The translations under genes were made by a program, and so were the position numbers. The notes under the pieces are model-generated. The model was given only the letters and a program-made list of their open reading frames with translations. It made no database searches and was not told the origin of the DNA. Positions 52,141 through 64,000 of a DNA stretch of 64,000 nucleotides are shown here, one piece after another. Origin of the DNA: Parasitella parasitica NRRL 2501. Lineage: Eukaryota > Fungi > Mucoromycota. How positions within the stretch are numbered: position 1 is the first letter of the stretch; the number at the start of each line of letters is the position of its first letter. The DNA is taken from the NCBI GenBank assembly GCA_025201805.1, contig MU619251.1:300075-364074 (forward strand), written 5' to 3'.

Positions 52141-53236
52141 ATGTCTTCTCCCATATCCTCCAAGTTGGCCATTTACCAGAGTGATAATGCAATTGTAAAT
52201 ATTTAATATAAATATATAGTGCACATCTAAGTGACATCCCAAGTATATTAACATCTCTCGATAAAAGCGTGCCAAGGGCCCTATTGGTGATGATGCTCCT
52301 ATGCGTTTAAGAATGGAAGCGTACGTCAAGGATCTTCAAAGACGTATTTGTCAAGGGATCGAGGAAGTTGATGGTAAGGGCAAATTCATCCGTGATATCT
52401 GGCAAAGACCTGAATTTGGCGGCGAGGGCATCACTTGTGTCATGCCTGGTGGTGATGTAATGGAGAAGGCTGGTGCAGCTGTATCTGTTGTCTACTCTGA
52501 GCTCTCTCCTGAAGCTATTCGCCAGATGCGTGAAGATCGTGGTAAGGATATCGACTGTGAAGGAACTGTTCCCTTCTTCGTCACTGGTCTTTCTCTTGTC
52601 ATGCACGCCAAGAACCCTAATGCTCCCACTGTTCATTTGAATTATCGTTATTTTGAAGTCATGAACCCTGATGGCACTCCCAAGCTCTGGTGGTTCGGTG
52701 GAGGAGCTGATTTGACTCCAGTCTACCTCTATGAAGAAGATGCTGTCTTTTTCCATCAAATCTACAAGGAAGGATGCGATAAATTTGATAAAGCATACTA
52801 CCCTGAGATGAAGAAGGCCTGTGATAAATATTTCTTGAATGCTCATCGTGGCGAAGAACGTGGTATTGGTGGTGTCATCTTTGATGACTTCAACTCTAAG
52901 CCTGCTGAAGAAATTTTCCCTTTTGTTAAAGAACTTGGCGATCGCTTCTTACCCTCATATGTTCCCCTTCTGCAGAAGCGCAAAGACATGCCCTTCACTG
53001 AGGAAATGGTTCACTGGCAGCAAATTCGCCGTGGACGTTATGTCGAATTCAATTTGATTTGGGATCGCGGTACTAAATTTGGCCTTGCTACCCCTTGTGC
53101 TCGTGTTGAAGCTATCATGATGACCATGCCTCTCACTGCTCGTTGGGAATATATGTATGAACCCAAGGAAGGCTCCAGAGAAGCTGCTCTTGTTGAAGTC
53201 TTGAAGAATCCTATAGACTGGATTCCTCTCAATTAG
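52141..53236 (+). CDS. HEM13: Oxygen-dependent coproporphyrinogen III oxidase, 1 intron
   Basis: HAKNPNAPTVHLNYRYFE; WWFGGGADLTP; HRGEERGIGGVIFDD; RRGRYVEFNLIWDRGTKFGL. Confidence 0.96.
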
Positions 53237-53719
53237 GTTTATATCATTTAGTCTAAACTTGTAACTTCGTATCTCATTTAATACTGTACATTTAATAAAA
53301 CTCCTTTGCATTGATAATTTTAAGCTACCACATATTCGAATTGCCGCATACTTGGTAAAGAGGAGTGATAAAGTAATTGTCGCGCTGACTGACATACAAA
53401 CTATAGCTCCTTGAAACGAACTTTTAAATCCTCCTTGTGTTTTCATCAGGGGATCAAAGCTATTCCATTTGTTAAAGTATATTGTGATGCATGGGATAGT
53501 GTAGGTCAAATATGTTTTATTAGTACCATATAGTAGTGTACACTTTTCATCTTAATTCCTAAACAAACACTAAGTGGAGCAAGTCGAGTCAGTGTTACAC
53601 AGACCGGACGAAATGACAAAGGGAGTAATCATATCATCAGCAACCGCGCACTTGTTCAATGTTGAAGATGATTATTTTCTTTTTGTTTTTCTTCTCTACT
53701 TGATAACCTGCTTGTAAAA

Positions 53720-54518
53720 ATGGCTACACTTGCCAATTCATCAGCAAAACAACATTGGAATTACTTTTTAAATGGTCTTGAACAAGCATCACAATGGCCT
53801 AAAACCTTTATATCCTTCTACACGTAATAGTGAAATGTAAACTAATGCAACATGAAGGACTCACAATATATCAATAGTTCCTCAAGCATCCAAAAAGCAA
53901 TGTTGACTACTTTTTTTTTAAATGGTGTTATTTTCTTGGGCGGTCAAGTGTTTATAGAGACATTTTACCCTGTATCAAAATTGTTTGGATGTGCTTATGT
54001 TGTAAGGAAAAGGAAAGAGAGGAGAAGGGGAAGCCGATAAAATTTTAACTACTCGAATATATGTAGAGCTTGCTTGGTGTTCCCATGTATTTCGTATTGC
54101 TCGGAATAAACGGGAAATTCTTTGGAAGGGTAGCCGAGAAATCATACCAAATTCAAGCAAATCAAACCAAACAGAATGCTGCAGCAAGCACTACGACTGT
54201 TTCGAGTTTGGCTTCGACTATTTTAACTACTATCTTATACATCAACTGTGGTATATTCGCAAATCTCTTGAGCAAGGTGCCCCATGTGGGTCGATTGTTG
54301 TCATTTTTAATGAACTGTATCATCTTATCCTATTATTCCTTCGAGTAACGTATTCAAGAAAAAAAACAAGTTTCTCGTATATATACGCTAATCTCTCAAA
54401 TGCAGATATCAATGGGTTTACAAAGGCTGGAACATTGAAAAACGTTTATCATACATGGAAAAACATTGGGCTTACTTTTTAGGCTTTGGTAAGTTAATGA
54501 CTATGCATTTTGCGTGTT

Positions 54519-54605
<87 letters not shown>

Positions 54606-54979
54606 GCTAATGTAAAGCAGGATTTCCTGGAACCGTATTCACATTCTTCCTTTCCTTCCTCCGTTCTGGTGCCATATTTGCTCTGATTTACCCCTGTGTA
54701 AGCGTGAATACCGTATGAAATCAGATGCCAGAGCTAACCCTTTTCTAGTTTATCATTATGGCCATGATGGCAGTACCTAAAGCAACTACAACCTACAGCC
54801 AAACCATGGCATCTGGTGCAGACGCACAAACAGAATGGACGTTGCCCAATAGAATCCCCATCTTTTATCCTGTCAGAAAATTGAATGATTTGGTAATACT
54901 GCTTGTTCGTCTAATTGGTGGTGTTCATGCAGATTCGATCGTCACCGAAAAGAAAAATGCTAGTTTAAAACAAGAGTAA
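53720..54979 (+). CDS. EI24-like (etoposide-induced protein 2.4) membrane protein, multi-exon
   Basis: FLNGVIFLG; SYYSFE|YQWVYKGWNIEKRLSYMEKHWAYFLGFG|FP; GAIFALIYP. Confidence 0.82.
54520..54604 (+). repeat. ~85-nt poly(T) run inside an EI24 intron
   Basis: Uninterrupted T run between the GTAAGT donor and the GCTAAT branch site/CAG acceptor. Confidence 0.9.
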
Positions 54980-55073
54980 TTTGTAAAGCTATGTATTCAT
55001 TTTTTAATAAATCTAAGGCGGTTCTCTATCTAAATGTGTTGTTGTCTATACATGTACCACTATGGTATACTCT

Positions 55074-57683
55074 CTATTTAGCAGACTTTTTTCTCTTTTT
55101 CGCTAGATGCAAATCATCGACAGCTTTGGAATTGGATGACCCCGGTAAAAGTTCATGTGCTTAAAGAAAACGAGTGTTAAAACACCTCTATACGATTACA
55201 TACGGCATTACTTACTCTCGCACTTCATTAATCTATCCACTAAATCAGAAATAAGACCACCAGTCAAAAACTTTTTGGACACACCAGCAGGCAAGATGGG
55301 CTGCTTCAGTAAATGAGCCAGCTTGTTGTTCAAATTCTGAGCTTTCACCTTGCCCTTCTGGATATCTTCTACTGATTTCTGATAGCCTTTGCCCTTCATT
55401 GTGTCCTCATCAAAATCAACGTCCATTTCTTTAGCCATGTTACGCATCCAGTTAACTTCATGTGTCTGCTTCGACTCTTGATGCTGAATAGAATCAATTT
55501 CACCTGCTAATTTAACACGCTCTGTCATTGCTCTCAGGATGCTCAAATCGACGGGAAAAGTGGGATAGTCCTTGTTTTTGCGCAATGTTTGACACAGCTT
55601 TTGATAAATCTTCATTTCTTCAGGACCACAAAGCAACAAAGATACACCATCACGATTAGCACGAGCTGTACGACCACTTCGATGGACATAAATTTCACCA
55701 GAGCGAGGCAATTGATAATGTATGACATGATCCACAAGGGGAATATCCAAACCACGAGCAGCTACATCAGAGGCAACAAGCACAGCCTTCGGATTTGCCT
55801 TGAACCTATCCAAGCTCTTGAGACGCTGCTTTTGTTGCATCTGCGCATGTAATCCCAATACTTCTACACTCAAAAGCTTGAAAATAGGCACAAGACGACG
55901 AATAGCATCAATAGAGTTGACAAAGACGATAGTACGTCCCGGATAACGAGTTACGAAATAATAAACATACAAATCCTTATCAGTGTTAACACAATCAATT
56001 TTTGCTTCCAACAATCGAGAAGCGACAATGTTCTCAGATGTCATATCCACAAGGGCAGGATCCTTGTCAGCGAATTCGATACGACGCAGCAAATCTTCCA
56101 TTGTGTTTGTAGCGTTAACAGGAAGCTTCTTCTTTTTGGACTTGACATTGAATCGAAGATCTTTACTGAGGGTAGCGGTATATATGAATGTTTGGTGGTA
56201 GCCCACATCTTGAGGCAGCGATTTCTTAGTGGCACCTGCGTCTACTTCTTCAGGCCACTCAGTGGTATCTTGGCGCTTGTTGGAAAGAGCATTCAATAGA
56301 CTTGTCAGTTCTTCAAAATGACCCTTTTCCAGCATACGATCAGCTTCATCCAAAACTAAAAACTTGATATGCCTCAACAGGTCCATATATTCAGAGTTGT
56401 TTGAAAAAATTTCCCAAAGACGCCCTGGAGTAGCAACAATGATGTCAGGTTTCTGCTTGACAAGACGCTCTTGCTTTTGGATAGACATGCCACCCACAAT
56501 AGCAACTACACGGACATTGCTGAAAACTGACATTTTCTCAATATGATCACGCACTTGGATGGCCAGTTCTCTGGTAGGAGTCAAGATCAACCCTGCAAGT
56601 CCTTCACGAGCAGAACGTGTGGCGAGGTAGTTGATGATAGGAATACCAAACGCAAGCGTCTTACCAGAACCAGTTTCGGCAGAGCCGATAATGTCTCGAC
56701 CCTTCATAGCCAAGGGAAGAGAGTTGATTTGGATGGGCGTAGGCGAGGTAAAATTGTTATATTTGAGAGCATTCAGAACAGATTCACACAAATTCAAATC
56801 TTTCCAAGCAGATACATCCACACTTTGATCTACATGTGCAACTGAAGGGAGAACCTTTTTAGTTATTGGTTCTTCTTTTACGGCTTGTTCGGCTTGTTCA
56901 TCTTTGTCTTTCGATTCTTCCCCGAGCTTTCTTTTGGCAGCTAATCGCTCGCGTTTATTCAACGGTTTCTTCTCGTCTTTTACGGTAGAAGATGCCTCAG
57001 CTTGAGCCTCCAACTTCTCCACTTGACTCTGCAGCTTTTCCAATTCCTTCTTTTTCTTTTCGAGCAGCCTTTGAGCTTTGGTCTTTGTTTCAACAATCTT
57101 AACTTCCTTGACTTCTGTAATGGACTCGTCTTCAATTTCATCGCTATTGTTATCTTTCTCATTCATACTCTCTCTTTCTCCTATTTTCTTCGCTTTTGCT
57201 GCTTCCTCTTCATTAAATGTATCGACATCATGAAAAGTACCAGTCTCTTCTAAACTAAGAGGAGTAGTAGGCTGGGCTTTCTTGCCACTTTTACGATCTT
57301 GTTTCTTTAATCTCTATTCTTCCGCAGTAAGGACATGGAATCTGTTATTTGTATGCTTACGTTACCTTGAATGTAGCTACTCTACCACTAACATCATCGC
57401 CTTCATATTCAACTTCGACGTCGCTGATCTCCTCCAAGCACAAAAATCCGCCAGCATCATCGCCCATAAAGATGTCAGTACCAGATGCTTCATTCCAGTC
57501 CCAGCTGTCAATATTGCCAAGTTCTTCGTATTCAATCACCCCGTCGACACCCTCTTCCAACTTCTTTTTTTTCGTAACCCTTTTGACTACATCTGCTATC
57601 TTTTTATTGCTTGACTTTTTATTGATGTGCTTCTTGTTCCCTTTCATAGGTGTGCTGTTGGTCGTTTTGGTTGTTTTCACCAT
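55074..57683 (-). CDS. MAK5: DEAD-box RNA helicase Mak5/DDX24, 3 exons
   Basis: N-terminal GGFLCLEEI; PTPIQ, AETGSGKTLAFGIP, PTRELA, ATPGRLW, DEADRM, LHAQMQQKQRLKSLDRF, HRSGRTARA. Confidence 0.92.
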
Positions 57684-58399
57684 TGTAAATTAACCAAAAA
57701 GTGAGAAAGAAATGGGTAAAAAATTTTCTCCACTGTCACCCATTTTTGACTTATGCGTTTGGAAGTACGATTAGGCCGCTCATCCTCTTTGTTCGTGAGC
57801 TATAAATTGTGGCCTCATTCTGGCTGAAATATATGCCCTCAATTAATTGCTAATCTTCTCGATGGTTCTTTTCGATATGTTGTCATAAATAATTAACGCC
57901 ATCCTAGTCGTCATTTATGTCATATGCTGCGTGTGCTTTTTTAGAGCTGAATATATGTTTCCATGTTCGTGTCCGTTGCTTCACGTTACTCGGTTTATTA
58001 AATAACTAGTTTCTTACAGTTTGCTGTGTGGGATTGGTATATTCTACTTTTTTTTCGATTTTTTTTTTATTACAGAGAGTGTGATATAGACTTTTAACTT
58101 TATGATGACTTGAGTGATGCTTCAATATGCGCTGGTAATCGAATTTTTTATACAGAGGTATACAAGATCATAACTAAAAAAAATATTTGAAATATTCCCT
58201 TCAAAAAGTCGAAAACCTTCCAAATTCAGAAGGTAATAACTGAATATTTCCCTGCGTTTGAGACAGTAAAATTAAATCCTGACTTAACACGAAATCTCGT
58301 TATTATTAGAGCCCTAAAGTTAGAAATCATGTATAAACCTTCACATTTCCGATTTATTCTATTAAAAAACAATACATATCAACCAATATTTTGCTTGTT

Positions 58400-61188
58400 A
58401 ATAGTGTATCATCTATGTCATTCGTTTTTAATGGTCGCAAAAGACGCTTTATTGCTATTAATGATGAAGAACAAATGTCAGACCAGTCGTGAGTCTTGCG
58501 GACAAATCAGCATTTGAACAGCCAATTTACTTTCACGATGCATGCACTCAACAACAATGATAACCAAGAAGTTGGGCATAACTCTGACCACAATTCCCTG
58601 TTAAATGCAATGTCTTTTCAGTTACATTAGCAAAATCGACGACTAAAGACAAGACAGCAACGAGACATAATCCAAAAATTGAAAACAAGCCAGCGATTCC
58701 TGAAATCGCAGCTGGAGCTTGCTTTGGCAGACTAGGGATACGGTAGATTGATAAATTGAGAATTTGGACCAACAAAGGTTGCAAACACGACATCCCATCC
58801 AAAACTAGCAAGTTTTCTTTTCTTAGCTTTATTGCCAAACATGAAGTTCAAAAAAGACAGTTTGAATGTTATGTTGCAGGCTCAACTATCATCAGTCCTC
58901 CAGCTTCGTTTCTAAAGCCATCCAGTGGGCTTCGAAGCAAAGTCCAGACATCCAAAGAGAAAACGGATTAATGGAATGCCCTGCAGTTGCAATTTCGAAT
59001 CTGTCTTCTACGCTCAATTGTACATTGCAGAAAGAAAAATGGAGACTATGATGAGCTGCATATCTCTTTATTGAAAAGTACTAGAATACCTAAAGGCTTA
59101 GTGCAAGAACCAGAAGCAAAAATCAAGAGTCCAGGAAAAATCAGAACGATGTTAAGCACTGTGTATACACAGAATAAAAAGGCTGGAAGTCCAAAGAAGA
59201 ATTATGAGTAATGGACAGAATTTTTGGAGAAGAACTTCCAGTCTCTTTTGGATTTACTAGAAAGAAATGATGGTAGCAATGATGATAAAGACAGTGAAGA
59301 TAGCGAAGACGAAGACAATGATGGAGCATCTCAAGATGACGCTGAGCAATTTCGCGCATGCTCAATTTCTTTGAGTCAAATACTCAGAGACGACTTGAAA
59401 GACGACATCAGATCATTATTCATCAATACAATCGGTGCTACCATGGAGCAAGTATACCTCTGACCTCAGCAGGCAGGTTTTCAAAATCGCTCTGTTGTTT
59501 GCTGAGTATACATTTGAATCTAATGCCAGCAACATCGAACTTGTCTACGATGGTGGAAACAGCATTGCGTCAATACTGCCAGAAGGATATTTGAGGAAGA
59601 TATCTCTGTACCAAAGCCATTAAATTCCAAATCTCTCGAGAATGACGAGTTTAATGCTCACTATCAATCGCTGTTTTTATAACCCCACTTGGAACAAATG
59701 CACTCAACATACTATGGTCAAGTGGGTATTGAAAAGAAGCGAAAAGCCAAGTATGAAGAGAAAGGAAAGCATGAGGCAACAGACCTGTGCCAAATGAGAA
59801 TCGGTACATATGAGCAAGTACTTTATAGAGAGGTAGGGGTCTTCTGGTTTTCAAAGGAAGACATAGTGTCGTAACTCGGAATGTATGTGGCAAGCGGAAA
59901 GGGACAGAAATCCAAGACAGCAGCAGCAGCAGCAGAAGCAAGGAAAGCGTAAAGAAAGTGATACTAATGATAGAGAGGACTACGAGAAAGGGAAAAATTC
60001 CAATGTATCTAGAAAAAGAATCAGTCAGTTAGTCGACATTGCAAGATCAACATTGTTTGCCACTCAAGATATCACAGACGCGTACCTCCAAGATCAGGAT
60101 GAACGCATCACCACACAAGAATCTGCAACAATCATCAAAATTACTAGCTTCATTCGGCCATTCATACCATCAAGTGAGACTTATCATCTCCTTTCATGCC
60201 AACTCAAGTTCATCTTGATGGCAAACCAAGTACTGCGCTCTATCGGCTATGAAGGCCAAGTTGCTAAATTTATTCCATTAGTCAGACCCACTACTTTGCA
60301 TGCACTTCTTATTGACACAACGACCTTGTATGCACTTTTCTGCTCGAGCAAACTTTCAAAACGGATGTATCTTCGAGACTTTCAAGGCAATTACGTAAAG
60401 CATAAAGACGCCAACGCAAAAAAAGACGCCGTCTTTAACAGTTTTTTTAACATTGAGAAACTAAAAGCGTGATGATGTGTCAATTTCCCAACCGGAAGTC
60501 AAACTCAAGTAAACTCAATCCTGAACACAATTCAGGAACATATCCCAATGGATCATGTTCCTTATTTATAACTCAACATGACATGTTCATGGATAATAGA
60601 TACGATCTATCGTTCCATTCTCTAAATCACACCATGTCTCACACTTGTATCTTATCCTCCCATCAGTCCACTTAGATTCACTAGTATATAAACCATCATT
60701 TTTTCCATGTAATAAACGAGATCTTTACCTGATTAATTCACAACCGTTTTATTTGAATAATTTCTCATTCTGATAAATCACGTGACATCAAGCTATGGTA
60801 TGGAGTTTTTAAATATAATACACATTATACCAGGATCGAAGACTGTCAGATTGTATGGCAGCATTGGACATTTCAAGTCTAGCCGCAGGAACCCAGAAAC
60901 AAAAAGCAAGCTGAACCATCATACCGATGACGACCAGTTCGAGCTATGAAGGCTCAAAAGAAGGAGCTCGATAAGTCACTCAGGGATAGCACTCAAACGA
61001 ATTGTTTCAGTTTCTTCAAGACAACGACAGTGTCCGTGGTCTCAAGAGAGCTTGGAGAACCAACTTTGAAGAACAAAAACAATGTTATGAGAAAGTCGAA
61101 GATGCCCAAGAAAGTGACAAAACTTCTGATCTTACAAAGACTTGGAAGGTTAAAGTTGAAGAAAAAGACGAGCGCTATCAGAATGTGG
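58400..61188 (+). pseudogene. Fragmented large transposon-associated ORF, possibly the N-terminal/middle part of a Mucorales Fanzor1(TnpB)-like protein; boundaries approximate
   Basis: Collinear + strand fragments with stops and frameshifts: FRACSISLSQILRDDL; LEQMHSTYYG; FILMANQVLRSIGY; LHALLIDTTTLYALF; KDAVFNSFFNIEKLK|SYGMEFLNIIHIIPGSKTVRLYG. Family call is from recall only; RuvC motifs are absent. Confidence 0.45.
60473..60780 (+). mobile_element. Solo LTR (308 bp) with perfect 5-bp TSD CGTGA
   Basis: TGAT...ATCA termini; CGTGA at 60468-60472 and 60781-60785; internal TATATAAA and AATAAA. Confidence 0.85.
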
Positions 61189-61701
61189 TGTTTAGGATAC
61201 AGATCAAATCTTAGCGGTAATGTATTATACTCTGTATAATACATCATAAAGCGAGCATGAGTAGAAATGCGTAGTAGAATGGAATGACTTTATTTAGACA
61301 TGGCAAAGAGACATAAGTGGTAACATTGAATGGCGAATCTTTATCCCAGTACAAAGTGGTGATATCCTATGACATTTGGTTCCTGAGGTCGGTGTTTAAT
61401 CCTGATGAATGTTCTTCCATCAAAGCTACTAGGAACAACATTCTATCCTTTATACGTATCTATGCTCTTGTCTTACTGGTAACTCGGAAACTCTTATCCA
61501 CCAAGCTCCTAGGGATTGGTTCAAGGCGTACCCAATTATCCCTCATCCTAGATCATGGTCCTATTGCTGCGGCACTGTCAAATAACTATAAATACCTTCA
61601 AAACATACACTAGTTTAAATCTTCATTCAATCTTGGAATAGCAAAATAAATATATTCAGTTCTAATTGTATTTTTCTGGCTATATTTTGTTATTCTAAAC
61701 A
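61189..61701 (+). mobile_element. Solo LTR of a second family (513 bp), no TSD
   Basis: TGTTTAGGATA...TATTCTAAACA (10/11 inverted repeat); TATAAATA ~61588; AATAAA ~61645; perfect 11-bp hairpin 61220-61244; flanks TGTGG/GAATC differ. Confidence 0.65.
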
Positions 61702-62355
61702 GAATCCACCTTCATATGGACAGCAACGCTGTCAGAAGCATATTTTGAACTTGCAGAGCTTTGGTGACACAACACACCAGATTCACTAGTCTTCTGAACG
61801 CCAGCAGGAAGCATAACAATGTCCTTGTCACCATCAAAATCATCCTCCTCCAACTGCTTACCTGGAACCTCCTCGCATTCCATTTGCTCCANNNNNNNNN
61901 NNNNNNNNNNNNNNNNNNNNNNNNNNNNNNNNNNNNNNNNNNNNNNNNNNNNNNNNNNNNNNNNNNNNNNNNNNNNNNNNNNNNNNNNNNNNNNNNNNNN
62001 NNNNNNNNNNNNNNNNNNNNTTAGCCAACTCAGGACATTTGGCGCGAACATGACCACTATGGCTGCAGAAATGACAAACAGGAGGAGCACCCTTGTAAGT
62101 CGCTGGGACATAGCAATCAAACTCGCTGAGATAGAGCATTCTATCCAAGGGACGGGCCTCCTGCCACTCTGAGTCCCCTACCTGATAACCCAACGAGGTA
62201 TCCAAAATTGCAGACAACTTGCCCTCAAAATAGCCACTGCGAGTAAACTTCTTCACCTGAAGTACTCTACCAAAGTAAGACAATGATTCCATTAAATCAT
62301 GCATGAATGTTGCCTTGTCCACCATACGGAGAAGAGTAAACTGAACATGCTTGTA
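61702..62355 (-). mobile_element. Non-LTR (LINE) ORF1 fragment with CCHC zinc knuckle, spanning an N gap
   Basis: KHVQFTLLR...YFGRVLQVKKF...GYFEGKLSAILDT...YKGAPPVCHFCSHSGHVRAKCP; C-terminal SASSKYA...MKVD. Confidence 0.7.
61892..62020. other. Assembly gap
   Basis: Run of N. Confidence 1.
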
Positions 62356-62404
62356 ATGAAATGGCACCTATTATATAGCACCACAATTACATTAAAATAA
62401 AATC

Positions 62405-63038
62405 NNNNNNNNNNNNNNNNNNNNNNNNNNNNNNNNNNNNNNNNNNNNNNNNNNNNNNNNNNNNNNNNNNNNNNNNNNNNNNNNNNNNNNNNNNNNNNNN
62501 NNNNNNNNNNNNNNNNNNNNNNNNNNNNNNNNNNNNNNNNNNNNNNNNNNNNNNNNNNNNNNNNNNNNNNNNNNNNNNNNNNNNNNNNNNNNNNNNNNNN
62601 NNNNNNNNNNNNNNNNNNNNNNNNNNNNNNNNNNNNNNNNNNNNNNNNNNNNNNNNNNNNNNNNNNNNNNNNNNNNNNNNNNNNNNNNNNNNNNNNNNNN
62701 NNNNNNNNNNNNNNNNNNNNNNNNNNNNNNNNNNNNNNNNNNNNNNNNNNNNNNNNNNNNNNNNNNNNNNNNNNNNNNNNNNNNNNNNNNNNNNNNNNNN
62801 NNNNNNNNNNNNNNNNNNNNNNNNNNNNNNNNNNNNNNNNNNNNNNNNNNNNNNNNNNNNNNNNNNNNNNNNNNNNNNNNNNNNNNNNNNNNNNNNNNNN
62901 NNNNNNNNNNNNNNNNNNNNNNNNNNNNNNNNNNNNNNNNNNNNNNNNNNNNNNNNNNNNNNNNNNNNNNNNNNNNNNNNNNNNNNNNNNNNNNNNNNNN
63001 NNNNNNNNNNNNNNNNNNNNNNNNNNNNNNNNNNNNNN
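62405..63038. other. Assembly gap
   Basis: Run of N. Confidence 1.
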
Positions 63039-63041
63039 TCA

Positions 63042-64000
63042 ATGTCAATTCAATCTTCGTCTTCGTCTGCTCCTGGTAGTCCTTTGTCCAGTCCAACGGG
63101 CACTATGCATCAACAGGTATCCGAGGAACCGGACATCTCTCAAATCTGCCTTGGTGGAACGGACGATGAGGATGGCGATGTAGAGATGTCTCAAGCAGAG
63201 ACTTCTCCTACAAATCCAAATGTAACCACGAATGCTCCTGCGAACAACTTACCCAGTATGCCTATCAAGTCTTTTCCTGTATCGTCAAGTGATACATCCC
63301 GTAACCCAGTTGATGTCGCTAAGAAACTGGTTACTAAGCGTGATCATTACCTTTCGTTGTTAAATGACATGATTGTTGGAACTGCGGACGACGATGCTAA
63401 TGGACAACAGCATATGGTGGAAATTCGCAGCAGAGTTGAGGAACTAAATCGTACTATCTCAACTATCAAGCACTCGGTAAAGCTATCTGGTGAGAGGGTG
63501 GCTGCGTCTATAAATGACATTACCTCTGGTTCAAGTGCTGCAACCGGTGGCATTTCTCTGTCAAAGCGAGATTTGCCAAAATTTCAACTCAAGTCTGACT
63601 CGACAAAATACTTTCAGGGTGAGGAATCATTCGATTCCATTTTCCACTTCTTGGCCGTTTTCGAGAAGGTTGTGAGTTCGTCTGGTCAAGATGTTGAGGC
63701 AGTTTGGAAGAGGTATCTTCCACTGACCATTCCCTATGAATACGACATGTGGCTCAAGCAAGAATTGCTTTTGGTCAATAACTGGAAGGAGGCCAAAGAT
63801 GCATTTGTTAAGAAGTTCAACAGCTCGTTACATCGGTTGAGCGCGAGAAGAGCAGTGCAATCTTCGGTGATGCAAGGCGGTGAAACAACTGAACATTACT
63901 TGAATCGTTTTTCAAGATCCTGTGTGGAAGCAGGCTACGATTCCAATGACACGTCTATTGCAGACGCATTTCTCAACGGCTTTCCAACTGACTGGCAAAT
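63042..64000 (+). mobile_element. LTR-retrotransposon (Ty3/Gypsy-type) gag ORF, open to the window end
   Basis: MSIQSSSSSAPGSP...SKRDLPKFQLKS...FLAVFEKVV...WKRYLPLTIP...WKEAKDAFVKKF...MQGGETTEHYLNRF...AFLNGFP; no stop seen; not in the ORF track. Confidence 0.75.

Noticed and set aside
53810-53819. ATATCCTTCT resembling a U12 (AT-AC) 5' splice site
   Set aside because: It reads as coding (FISFY), and an ordinary GT-AG intron just downstream keeps the EI24 frame.
62392-63096. 234-aa track ORF
   Set aside because: Artefact of the N run.

Overview
Intron-rich, AT-rich fungal DNA, most likely Mucorales (inferred from gene families, short ~50-90 nt introns and transposon types). About 25 host genes occupy 1-57.7 kb: CigA/O-fucosyltransferase-like, TBRG1-like FYR protein, two tandem DUF4097 proteins, AreA-type GATA factor, GST, GH20 hexosaminidase, DTWD1, SDH4, TMEM14, EMI1-like, SmD1, C2H2 TF, F-box, a divergent allantoicase, DENN, Fab1, Dap1-like, MEF2/Rlm1, Hem13, EI24 and Mak5. 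A decayed gag relic lies at ~4-5 kb, and a nested transposon graveyard with assembly gaps fills 58-64 kb. The best novel candidate is a tandem pair of 58-aa secreted six-cysteine knottin-like peptide genes (29096-29272, absent from the ORF track, and 30496-30672) that share an exact 15-bp upstream motif. Also notable: a spliced stand-alone HNH nuclease gene, a possibly N-myristoylated allantoicase pseudoenzyme, PY-motif DUF4097 paralogs, and a possible Fanzor/TnpB-family relic cut by solo LTRs. All calls come from manual translation and motif recognition; no searches were run, and exon boundaries are by eye.
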